Origin: Saprospiraceae bacterium
Lineage (GTDB): Bacteria; Bacteroidota; Bacteroidia; Chitinophagales; Saprospiraceae
Assembly (NCBI GenBank): GCA_016715245.1
Contig: JADKAS010000006.1
Location: 20,870 to 84,869 of the forward strand
Reading direction: 5' to 3'
DNA: 64,000 nt
This document shows positions 55,613 through 64,000 of this stretch, in pieces. Below the pieces are notes generated by a model that saw only the letters and a list, made by a program, of their open reading frames with translations, ran no database searches and was not told the DNA's origin. A program made the translations under genes and the position numbers. Within the stretch, counting starts at the first letter, position 1. The number at the start of each line of letters is the position of its first letter.

Positions 55613-57247
55613 TTGAAAACAATACAATTTCAACCGACAGTAATCCTTTTTTTACTTTTTTCCGCCACACCACTTTTTTCCCAGTCAGAAACTTCAGGTC
55701 AGAATTTATTACTAACCAGTGTGATCGCCATCTGCGTGGTTCTGATACTTTGGGCATTGTTGACACTGGCAAATAATTTAATGAGAATAGAAGCTTCCAA
55801 ACATGGAATAGATACCAATAAAAACAATTTCAGTGTTTTTCCTGGTCTGGCTGACTTTATAAATCAAAAACCTTCTTTCACAACAGGGGAAAAATTCATA
55901 AATCTCACAAAAGGTTTTGATATAAAACTTGAGGGTGAAGCAAAAAAGGCAATAGAGACAGTTCAGGTCAACAGATTTGCTATAAAACCTACTGATTTTA
56001 GAGGAATGTCTCCGATTCCAAAAATAGAGGTAGAAATTGGCCAAAGTGTTAAAGCTGGTGATGTACTATTTTATGATAAAAAAAGAGACACCATTCAATA
56101 TGTTGCCCCTGTAAGTGGTGAAATTGTTGCCGTTGAACGAGGAGAAAAAAGATCTATCGCATCAGTAGTCATTCTTGCTGATAAAAAGATGGATTATCGA
56201 AAATTTACCACACCTGATTTCACTTCATGTTCCAGGGAAGAACTCGTTTCCTTTTTACAGTCTTCCGGCCTATGGACGTTGATAAATGAAAGACCCTTTG
56301 ACAGGGTCCCTGATACTCAAAAGGTGCCAGTTAATATTTTTATATCTACTTTTGACACAGCACCATTGGCTCCGGATTTCAATTTTGTGGTCTCAGGAAA
56401 TGAAACATCATTTCAAAAAGGATTGGATGTTTTGAAAGTTTTAACCAGTGGTTTTGTGCATTTGGGTTTAGATGGAAGAAGTAAAAATATTCCTCCTCAT
56501 GATGCTTTCAGAAATACCACCGGAGTAAAAAAGACTTATTTTTCCGGCAAACATCCGGCAGGTAATGTAGGAATCCAGATTCATCATGTTGCTCCTATTA
56601 AATCAGGGCAGACTGTTTGGACACTGGGAGTTCAGGATGTAATTACCATAGGAAATATGTTTTTACACAAAATATATGATGCGAGCAGGATTATTGCATT
56701 GACAGGAGCTGAGCTTAAATCTCCGGCCTATGTTAAATCATATATAGGGTGCAATGTAGCTGATTTATTAAAAAATAACATTGCTGGAGAAAACAACAGG
56801 ATTGTTTCAGGTGATGTACTCAGTGGAAAACAAGTTGACAATGACGGCTTTTTAGGTTACCGAGATGATCAGATTACTGTCATTAAGGAAGGTAATGATT
56901 ATGAACTTTTCGGCTGGTTATTACCGCAAAGTCCCAGACCAAGTTTGTCGGGAACTTTTCCTAACTTTTTATACCCTGATCATCAATTTACTGCAGAAAC
57001 CAATACTCATGGTGAAAAAAGAGCAATGGTGGTCACTGGTCAATATGAAGAAGTTTTACCTGTAGATACCTATCCACAACATTTGTTTAAGGCAATATTA
57101 ACCAACAATATTGAAAAAATGGAAGGTTTGGGTATTCTTGAATTAACTGAAGAAGATGTTGCATTATGTGAATTTGCCTGTACTTCGAAGTCTCCTCTTC
57201 AGAAAATTCTGAGGGACGGACTTGAAATAGTAAAAGAGCAATCCTAA
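55613..57247 (+). CDS. nqrA: Na+-translocating NADH:quinone reductase subunit A (start uncertain; possible N-terminal membrane extension)
   Basis: The canonical NqrA opening INLTKGFDIKLEGEA... begins about residue 95 of the open frame. The ~95 residues upstream are also stop-free and hydrophobic. ATG 55781 is an alternative start. Followed by nqrB-F. Confidence 0.8.
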   Translation: MKTIQFQPTVILFLLFSATPLFSQSETSGQNLLLTSVIAICVVLILWALLTLANNLMRIEASKHGIDTNKNNFSVFPGLADFINQKPSFTTGEKFINLTKGFDIKLEGEAKKAIETVQVNRFAIKPTDFRGMSPIPKIEVEIGQSVKAGDVLFYDKKRDTIQYVAPVSGEIVAVERGEKRSIASVVILADKKMDYRKFTTPDFTSCSREELVSFLQSSGLWTLINERPFDRVPDTQKVPVNIFISTFDTAPLAPDFNFVVSGNETSFQKGLDVLKVLTSGFVHLGLDGRSKNIPPHDAFRNTTGVKKTYFSGKHPAGNVGIQIHHVAPIKSGQTVWTLGVQDVITIGNMFLHKIYDASRIIALTGAELKSPAYVKSYIGCNVADLLKNNIAGENNRIVSGDVLSGKQVDNDGFLGYRDDQITVIKEGNDYELFGWLLPQSPRPSLSGTFPNFLYPDHQFTAETNTHGEKRAMVVTGQYEEVLPVDTYPQHLFKAILTNNIEKMEGLGILELTEEDVALCEFACTSKSPLQKILRDGLEIVKEQS

Positions 57248-57268
57248 GTTATATTAATTTTTATTTAG

Positions 57269-58519
57269 ATGAGTCTATTAAATTTTTTGAAAAAAATTGA
57301 ACCGGACAAAAAGAAGAGTCCGTTCCTTCATACTTTGTATGACGGATTTTTTACTTTTGCCTACGCACCCAATACAGTAACCAAAGATGGCGTACACATA
57401 CGTGACGGAATGGATCTGAAAAGGCTTATGGTATATGTTGTTATTGCTTTGCAACTTTGTTATATTTTTGGTACATATAATATTGGGCATCAGCATTTTA
57501 TTGCAGCAGGCCAGTACCTCGGATTTCTTGAAGGGTTTCATTTAAAACTGGCTTTCGGTTTAATTCAAATGTTACCGATTTTTGTGGTTGCACACGTGGT
57601 TGGACTGGGTATTGAGTTTTTTTATGCAGCCAAAAAAGGACACGGGATAGAAGAAGGATTTTTGGTATCAGGTGCCTTAATTCCTTTGATAATGCCTCCT
57701 GACATTCCTATTTGGATTCTTACGCTTTCCGTGGCTTTTGCAGTCATTATCGGTAAAGAAGCATTTGGCGGCACAGGTATGAATATTTGGAATATTGCTT
57801 TACTTTCCAGGGTGTTTGTTTTTTTCGCCTACCCTCTGACTATTTCTGGTGACCAATGCTGGATTTCAGGGTTTGAAAAGATTTCAGGAGGTGCTGCAGT
57901 AAATTACAATTGGTGGCATACAGGTTTTTTTAATTCCCTTTTTGAATGGATTGGTTTAGATACATTTAATACAGGATTAAAAGTGCCAGACGGATTCACA
58001 GGAGCTACACCTCTTGCCATGGCTTATGAGGGTGGATGGGAAAAAGTAACTCAATACTTTTCAGAAAGTCAATTGCTATGGGGCACAATCCCTGGGTCTA
58101 TAGGCGAAACAAGTAAAGTTCTTATTGTAGTTGGTGCTTTATTTTTAATTATCACCAAAGTTGCCAGTTGGAGAATTATGGCAGGAATGGTTCTAGGTTT
58201 GATAGTAACTACCCTGCTTTTAAATTCTATTGGTTCCACACCATTTATGCAGGTCACCTGGACGCAACATTTACTTATGGGTTCCTTTTTATTTGCGATG
58301 GCATTTATGGCAACAGACCCTGTAACTGCTTCTTCCACCAACAGGGGAAAATGGATTTATGGATTTTTTATTGGCGTCATAGGATTGATTATCCGAGTAA
58401 TGAATCCGGCATATCCTGAAGGTTGGATGCTTGCCATTTTGTTGATGAATACATTTGCACCTACCATCGACTATTTTATATTAGAGTCTAACATTAAAAA
58501 AAGAATGAATCGTGTTTAG
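57269..58519 (+). CDS. nqrB: Na+-NQR subunit B
   Basis: Polytopic. GMDLKRLM...AFGGTGMNIWN...GATPLA...ATDPVT motifs and operon position. Confidence 0.9.
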   Translation: MSLLNFLKKIEPDKKKSPFLHTLYDGFFTFAYAPNTVTKDGVHIRDGMDLKRLMVYVVIALQLCYIFGTYNIGHQHFIAAGQYLGFLEGFHLKLAFGLIQMLPIFVVAHVVGLGIEFFYAAKKGHGIEEGFLVSGALIPLIMPPDIPIWILTLSVAFAVIIGKEAFGGTGMNIWNIALLSRVFVFFAYPLTISGDQCWISGFEKISGGAAVNYNWWHTGFFNSLFEWIGLDTFNTGLKVPDGFTGATPLAMAYEGGWEKVTQYFSESQLLWGTIPGSIGETSKVLIVVGALFLIITKVASWRIMAGMVLGLIVTTLLLNSIGSTPFMQVTWTQHLLMGSFLFAMAFMATDPVTASSTNRGKWIYGFFIGVIGLIIRVMNPAYPEGWMLAILLMNTFAPTIDYFILESNIKKRMNRV

Positions 58520-59258
58520 TACATCATATATTATCAAATTCACGCTTATCATGACAGTGATAGTGTCATTGGTATTATCTTTACTTGTTTCCGGATTGAA
58601 GGATGTTCATAGTGAAAATGAATCCGTGTATAATAAAAAGGGAATCTTATCTGCAGTTTCAGCTCAATTGGGAAAAGATTTGAATACCATGACAAATACT
58701 GAAGTTCAGGAAGTATTCAGCAGTAAAATAACACAAAAAGTCATTAACATGAAAGGAGAAGAATTAACTCCTGATCAGATTAAAAAATTAACCGGCGTAA
58801 GTACAGCTGTTGAAATTGACCTTGGTAAGGAAAATAAAAAACCTGTAGCCGAGCGGGTTTTACCTGTTTTTACATTTAAAGATGATAAAAACAAGGAATA
58901 CAATATTCTTTATGTAAGAGGTAAAGGACTCTGGGATGAAATCTGGGGTTATATTGCCATGGATAGTGACTGGAATTCAATTGCTGGTCAGGCATTCGAC
59001 CATAAAGGGGAAACACCGGGTTTAGGTGCTGAAATAAAAGATAATAAAGCATGGTATAAACAATTTACCGGAAGAAAATTATACGACTCTAATGGTAATT
59101 TTAAATCAGTTTCTGTAGTGAAAGGTGGCATTAAAGTAGTTGACCATCAGGTTGATGCAATTTCCGGCGCCACAATCACAGGAAATGGTGTTGACGAAAT
59201 GATGAAAAGAGGTTTAATGTATTACGAACCTTATATTCTTAAAAATAAAAAATCTTAA
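58512..59258 (+). CDS. nqrC: Na+-NQR subunit C
   Basis: GTG start overlapping nqrB by 8 nt. Single N-terminal TM. FMN-attachment context DAISGATITGNGV. Confidence 0.85.
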   Translation: MFSTSYIIKFTLIMTVIVSLVLSLLVSGLKDVHSENESVYNKKGILSAVSAQLGKDLNTMTNTEVQEVFSSKITQKVINMKGEELTPDQIKKLTGVSTAVEIDLGKENKKPVAERVLPVFTFKDDKNKEYNILYVRGKGLWDEIWGYIAMDSDWNSIAGQAFDHKGETPGLGAEIKDNKAWYKQFTGRKLYDSNGNFKSVSVVKGGIKVVDHQVDAISGATITGNGVDEMMKRGLMYYEPYILKNKKS

Positions 59259-59259
59259 C

Positions 59260-59961
59260 ATGGCAGAAGTTTTAGCTCCCGTAAAGTCCGAGGGTTCTGT
59301 TTTTACATTTGGAAAAGCTGAAAAAAGATTAATAACCGATCCTATCGGAGACAATAATCCAATAACAGTTCAGATCCTAGGAGTGTGTTCAGCCCTTGCG
59401 GTAACTACTTTAGTTACCAAAGCTTTGGTAATGGGTATTGCGGTAACTTTAGTTACAGCGTTCTCCAATTTATTTACAGCCATGCTCAGAAATTATATTC
59501 CTAAATCAATCAGAATGATTGTCCAGTTGGTTATCATAGCATTTCTGGTCACAGTTGTTGAGTTGGTATTAAAGGCTGTAAATTATCCAATTTGGAAGGA
59601 TTTATCAGTTTTTATTGGTCTTATCATAACCAATTGTATTTTGATGGGTCGTTTGGAAGCCTTTGCAATGGCCAATAAACCATGGAAGTCATTTCTTGAT
59701 GGAATTGGTAATGGAATAGGCTATTCAATAATACTTATCATTATTGCCGTTGTTAGGGAATTGTTTGGTAAAGGTTCTTTAATGGATTATAAAATTTTAG
59801 GACCTACATCAGAATATGCTTTAAACACAACTGAAATATCGTGGTTGTCCTGGTACGCTCCTAACAATCTTTTGATTCTTTCGCCTGCAGCCATGTTTAT
59901 CGTTGCCATTATCATCTGGATACAAAGGTCCCGAAATCCTAAATTAGTCGATATTTCTTAA
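59260..59961 (+). CDS. nqrD: Na+-NQR subunit D
   Basis: DNNPITVQILGVCSALAVT...IGLIITNCILMGRLEAFA (RnfE/NqrD family pattern). Confidence 0.9.
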   Translation: MAEVLAPVKSEGSVFTFGKAEKRLITDPIGDNNPITVQILGVCSALAVTTLVTKALVMGIAVTLVTAFSNLFTAMLRNYIPKSIRMIVQLVIIAFLVTVVELVLKAVNYPIWKDLSVFIGLIITNCILMGRLEAFAMANKPWKSFLDGIGNGIGYSIILIIIAVVRELFGKGSLMDYKILGPTSEYALNTTEISWLSWYAPNNLLILSPAAMFIVAIIIWIQRSRNPKLVDIS

Positions 59962-59980
59962 TTAATTGAAAGCCTTCATC

Positions 59981-60586
59981 ATGAGTGATATTATAAATAT
60001 ATTTATTAAGTCTGCTTTTATAGAAAATCTTGCCCTATCCTACTTTCTTGGAATGTGCTCATTTCTTGCAGTATCAAAAAGTGTAAAAACCGCTTTGGGT
60101 TTAGGAGTGGCCGTCGTTTTTGTACAGGCAATAACTTTGCCTGTTAACTGGCTGATTGACTATTATTTGCTTGGCGAGGCTGGTATTTTTGGCATGGACC
60201 TTACCTTTTTGAGATTTATCATTTTTATTTCTACTATAGCCGCGTTGGTTCAATTAGTTGAAATGGTAGTTGAAAAGTTTTCACCGTCTCTTTATAATTC
60301 TCTTGGTATTTTCCTTCCACTTATTACAGTAAACTGTGCCATATTGGGTGGGTCACTATTTATGATTACAAAAGAGTATAATTTTGCACAATCATTATCC
60401 TTTGGTTTAGGTGGAGGAATAGGATGGGCATTAGCTATTGTGGCCATTGCCGGCATAAGAGAAAAACTGGAGTATTCCAATGTGCCACCCGGCCTGAGAG
60501 GATTAGGTATGGCTTTTTTCCTTACTGGTTTAATGGGTATAGCGTTTATGGGTTTGATGGGAATTGACCCTGCTGCATTTAAATAA
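59981..60586 (+). CDS. nqrE: Na+-NQR subunit E
   Basis: ATG 59981 ([32 protein letters not shown]...[13 protein letters not shown]). The track start 59966 is a non-ATG codon. Confidence 0.9.
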   Translation: MSDIINIFIKSAFIENLALSYFLGMCSFLAVSKSVKTALGLGVAVVFVQAITLPVNWLIDYYLLGEAGIFGMDLTFLRFIIFISTIAALVQLVEMVVEKFSPSLYNSLGIFLPLITVNCAILGGSLFMITKEYNFAQSLSFGLGGGIGWALAIVAIAGIREKLEYSNVPPGLRGLGMAFFLTGLMGIAFMGLMGIDPAAFK

Positions 60587-60601
60587 TTTAAATTTATATC
60601 A

Positions 60602-61924
60602 ATGTTTGTAGTTTTATCTATCATTGTATTTTCTTTAGTTATACTTGGGTTGTCATATTTATTGATTTATGCCAGGAAAAAACTTGTTCCACAAGGAGAA
60701 GTAAAGATAATTATAAACGGTGATGAAGAACACCCTATTCTGGCTCAACCAGGTTCTTCTCTTTTATCAAGTCTGGGCGACCAGAACATTTTTCTTCCTT
60801 CCGCTTGCGGAGGTGGTGGAACTTGTGCCATGTGTGAATGCCATGTATATGAAGGTGGCGGAGACGTTCTTCCTACGGAAATGAACCATCTTACAAGAAA
60901 GGAAGCCGCTGAAGGAATGAGGCTTGCTTGTCAGGTTAAGGTTCGTCAGGATATGAAAATTGGTATTCCCGAAGAAATTTTTGGTATTAAAAAATGGGAA
61001 TGTGAAGTTATTTCAAATTATAACGTAGCAACCTACATAAAAGAATTTATTGTCCGACTTCCTGAGGGAGAGCATCTTGATTTTCAAGCTGGTGGATATA
61101 TTCAGATAGATGTTCCACCTTGTACTGTTGAATATAAGGATATTGATATTACTGCTCACCCTAAATATCATGACAGACCTGATAAATTTAAAGAAGATTG
61201 GGATTTCAGTCAGATGTGGGGTCTGAAAATGGTAAATGAAGAGCCTATTTTTAGAGCTTATTCCATGTCAAACCACCCTGCTGAAGGAAATATAGTCTCT
61301 CTAACCATCAGAATTGCACCACCACCTTTTAAATTTAAAGTTGGTGCGGATGGCAAAAGAGTATGGGATGGATACGAGTCTGTAAACCCGGGTATTTGTT
61401 CTTCTTATGTATTTGCAAGAAAACCAGGTGACAAAGTAACTATTTCAGGTCCCTATGGAGAGTTTTTCATTAAGCCAACCAACGCTGAAATGTTGTATAT
61501 TGGTGGTGGTGCTGGTATGGCCCCAATGCGTTCCCACCTTTATCATCTTTTTCAAACAGTAAAAACTGGTAGAAAAGTGACCTTCTTTTATGGAGGGCGA
61601 ACCAAAAAAGAGTTGTTTTATGTGGAAGAATTTAGAGAAATCGAAAAAAAATTCCCCAATTTCAAGTTTGCGGTAGCATTAGACAATCCTCTACCTGAGG
61701 ACAATTGGACTCTTAAAAAAGATCTGAATGATCCTGAAGGCGATGGATTTAAAGGTTTTGTACATAATGTAGTGATTGAACAATATCTGAGCAAACATGC
61801 TGCCCCTGAAGAAGTGGAATTATATTTTTGCGGACCGCCTTTGATGAATCAGTCTGTTTTAAAAATGGCCGATGAATGGGGAATACCTGAAGAAAATGTT
61901 GCATTTGATGATTTCGGTGGGTAA
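60602..61924 (+). CDS. nqrF: Na+-NQR subunit F
   Basis: N-terminal TM, 2Fe-2S ferredoxin [18 protein letters not shown](P) module RAYSMSN...[11 protein letters not shown]. Confidence 0.95.
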   Translation: MFVVLSIIVFSLVILGLSYLLIYARKKLVPQGEVKIIINGDEEHPILAQPGSSLLSSLGDQNIFLPSACGGGGTCAMCECHVYEGGGDVLPTEMNHLTRKEAAEGMRLACQVKVRQDMKIGIPEEIFGIKKWECEVISNYNVATYIKEFIVRLPEGEHLDFQAGGYIQIDVPPCTVEYKDIDITAHPKYHDRPDKFKEDWDFSQMWGLKMVNEEPIFRAYSMSNHPAEGNIVSLTIRIAPPPFKFKVGADGKRVWDGYESVNPGICSSYVFARKPGDKVTISGPYGEFFIKPTNAEMLYIGGGAGMAPMRSHLYHLFQTVKTGRKVTFFYGGRTKKELFYVEEFREIEKKFPNFKFAVALDNPLPEDNWTLKKDLNDPEGDGFKGFVHNVVIEQYLSKHAAPEEVELYFCGPPLMNQSVLKMADEWGIPEENVAFDDFGG

Positions 61925-61949
61925 TTTATCCCTTCTTAAATAGAAAAAA

Positions 61950-61979
61950 GGGTATACAAAAGTTGTATACCCTTTTTTT
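61950..61979 (+). terminator. rho-independent terminator of the nqr operon
   Basis: gggtataca (61950-61958) / aaagt / tgtataccc (61964-61972), followed by T7 (61973-61979). Confidence 0.85.
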
Positions 61980-62092
61980 ATTTTTGTCATGGTCTTGTCA
62001 TGACATATCGGTATTCAAAAAAAAAAGCAGATAAAATTGAGAAGTTATTTTTGTAAGATGAATTGTTTTTCATATGGATGTTTAGTTTTTGT

Positions 62093-62100
62093 TATATTTG
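62093..62100 (+). promoter_or_regulatory. Bacteroidota -7 box (TATATTTG)
   Basis: Exact TAnnTTTG match 28 nt upstream of ATG 62128. A second match TATTTTTG lies at 62046-62053. Confidence 0.35.
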
Positions 62101-62127
62101 AATTTTAAATTCTTTTGTAAATTTTAT

Positions 62128-62412
62128 ATGATGGATTGGCAGCTTGTTCAAATTGTTGCGATTGGTGCCGTTTGCGGATACGTGGCCAGTAGAATTCTGG
62201 GTGGTGAAGGTTTCGGCTTGCTTGGCAATATATTTATAGGGGTCGTCGGAGGCTGGATAGGAAACGGGTTGGTAAACCACTTTTCTGTGACTTTGCCTCA
62301 GGGTTTGATCGGAAGAATTATTTTTACCATCGGAGGGGCCATTTTACTTATTATAATACTTGAAATCTTAAAAAAAGTAATGGGTAATAGCTCATCACGA
62401 CGAAGGAGGTAA
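62128..62412 (+). CDS. GlsB/YeaQ/YmgE-family (transglycosylase-associated) small membrane protein
   Basis: MMDWQLVQIVAIGAVCGYVASRILGGEGFGLLGNIFIGVVGGWIGNGL... Start taken at ATG 62128 rather than the track's 62089. Confidence 0.75.
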   Translation: MMDWQLVQIVAIGAVCGYVASRILGGEGFGLLGNIFIGVVGGWIGNGLVNHFSVTLPQGLIGRIIFTIGGAILLIIILEILKKVMGNSSSRRRR

Positions 62413-63483
62413 TGAAAGTCTTCAGAACGATTTCAGGTAAAGTAAATGGCTCAGATGTAGAAAAAATTACTTTTAAAAATGACAATGGCCAGATTCTGGA
62501 AGTAACAAATTTTGGGGCAACCATTCACTCCTGGAAACTGGATATCGGAAAAGGTCAATACAAAGATATACTCCTTGGAAAAGACAGAATTGATGAGTAT
62601 CTGTTGGAACACCCAAATTTCGGCTGTATTGTAGGAAGATATGCTAACAGGATAAAAAACGGAGAATTCACCCTGAATGGCAAACTATACCAGGTCAGTA
62701 AAAAATTTGAACGGTCATCATCTTCATGGTGGTTTTGATGGGTTTGGAAAAAAAATCTGGAAAATAGAGCACCTTGAAAATAATGATAGTGAAGGTATTC
62801 TGGAACTTTCATATGTGAGTTATGATGGAGAAGAGGGATTTCCCGGAACATTAAAAGTCAACTTAACCATAACTTTTAATCAGAAAAATGAACTTACCAT
62901 TCTTCATCACGCATATTCAGATAAAGACACGATTTGTAATCTGACCAATCATTGTTATTTCAATCTTGGTTCTTCAGCAAGTATTCTTAATCACTCATTG
63001 CAAATAAAGGCATTCCAATGCACTGAAACCAATGCAGAATTGATACCAACAGGGCATTTTCTGAATGTTGAAGGAAGTCCATTTGATTTTATCAAAAAAC
63101 GAAAGGTTGATTGGTCAGATTTCCCAGTACATCCAATGATACAATATGGCAAAGGATATGACGTAAACTACGTACTTGAAAAACGAAATAATTATCAATC
63201 AGAAGCCGCAGCAAAATTATTCGATGAAGATAATTTAATTTTATTGGAAGTATTTACTTCAAAACCCGGTTTACAATTGTATACAGGAAACTGGCTTAAC
63301 GGGATAGCCGGAAAAGGACAAAAAACATATAATGATTATAATGGCATTTGCCTAGAACCACAGTACTTTCCTGATTCCCCAAACAATGCCCATTTTCCAT
63401 CATCCGTTTTAAAAGAAGGCGAGCCTTATTTTCATTATCTGAAATATAAGGTAAGCCAAAAAATAAAAGAGGAAAACAAATAA
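62412..63483 (+). CDS. aldose 1-epimerase, one frame break
   Basis: ORFs 62412-62738 and 62677-63483. GCIVGRYANRIKNGEFTLNGKLYQVSK, then after removing one A from A6 62700-62705, NLNGHHLHGGFDGFGKKIW...GEEGFPGTLKV...TNHCYFNL...LEPQYFPDSPN. Confidence 0.85.
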
Positions 63484-63498
63484 TTGATTTCCTCTTTT
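63465..63498. terminator. bidirectional terminator hairpin between convergent genes
   Basis: aaaagaggaaa (63465-63475) pairs perfectly with tttcctctttt (63488-63498). The epimerase stop codon lies in the 12-nt loop. Confidence 0.6.
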
Positions 63499-63516
63499 AT
63501 TAAATGAGAGATTAAA

Positions 63517-64000
63517 CTATTTACCTGCAGGTGCTTCCAACAGTTTAAAAAACTGATCAAGTTTAGGAAGTATAAGTATATCTGTTCTTCTGTTCTGACT
63601 TCTTCCTTCTCCCGTTGAGTTGGTGGTTTTAGGTATAAATTCGGAACGTCCTCCTGCTGTCATTCTTTGAGGTGCCACTTTATATTTATTCTGCAAAGAT
63701 CTCACCACAGAAGTGGCTCTTTTTGCACTTAAGTCCCAATTATCTTCTATACATGATGATGAAATCGGAACGTTGTCTGTATGACCTTCAACAAGTACTT
63801 GCAATTCTTTCTGATCATTAAGAATGGAAGCTATTTTTTCCAGTACAACTTCAGCTTTAGGGTTAATAGTAGCACTTGCGGTCTTAAACAAGAGGTTGTC
63901 AGATAAAGAAATATACACAACTCCTTGTCTGACTTCAATATTCACATCTTTGTCATTAAAATCCTGAAGAGACTTCTTCAAATTCATAACAAGAGCCAGG
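63517..64000 (-). CDS. OmpA/MotB-family peptidoglycan-binding protein, 5'-partial (runs off the window)
   Basis: VLVEGHTDNVPISS...NWDLSAKRATSVVRSLQNKYKVAPQRMTAGGRSEFIPK...GRSQNRRTDILILPK. The frame stays open upstream of ATG 63987 to the window edge. Confidence 0.8.
   Translation of the reverse strand, partial: LALVMNLKKSLQDFNDKDVNIEVRQGVVYISLSDNLLFKTASATINPKAEVVLEKIASILNDQKELQVLVEGHTDNVPISSSCIEDNWDLSAKRATSVVRSLQNKYKVAPQRMTAGGRSEFIPKTTNSTGEGRSQNRRTDILILPKLDQFFKLLEAPAGK

Overview
AT-rich (by eye, not computed) chromosomal segment with Bacteroidota hallmarks: TAnnTTTG -7 promoter boxes, proteins ending in type IX secretion (T9SS) C-terminal sorting domains, a long NusB, a SurA/PpiC gene triplet and an nqrABCDEF operon. 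I count about 45 protein genes, two tRNAs (Pro-UGG, Ser-GCU) and one TPP riboswitch. Housekeeping genes on the flanks include tilS, guaA, a pyrC-like gene, hutI, lipB, pdxH, an HtrA-type protease, nqrA-F and an aldose epimerase. The stand-out is a 22-kb accessory block (7.2-29.5 kb) of two tandem giant T9SS cargo genes. Gene 1 (4108 aa) has a metzincin/reprolysin-like head and gene 2 (about 3150 aa if repaired) has an M36 fungalysin head. Both sit on a shared 4.4-kb, roughly 1430-aa C-terminal stalk that ends in dockerin-like, cohesin-like and T9SS-CTD modules. The two stalk copies are mosaics: blocks of near identity surround a ~490-nt window that is saturated with synonymous differences, which points to gene conversion between old paralogues. 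A third, unrelated protein (46222-47250) carries the same dockerin-like module. Main caveat: at least nine genes, including essential tilS, are split by single-base frame breaks, almost all at homopolymer runs. That looks like a sequencing-error signature, so all pseudogene-like calls here are provisional. No CRISPR array, transposase, integrase or prophage genes were seen.
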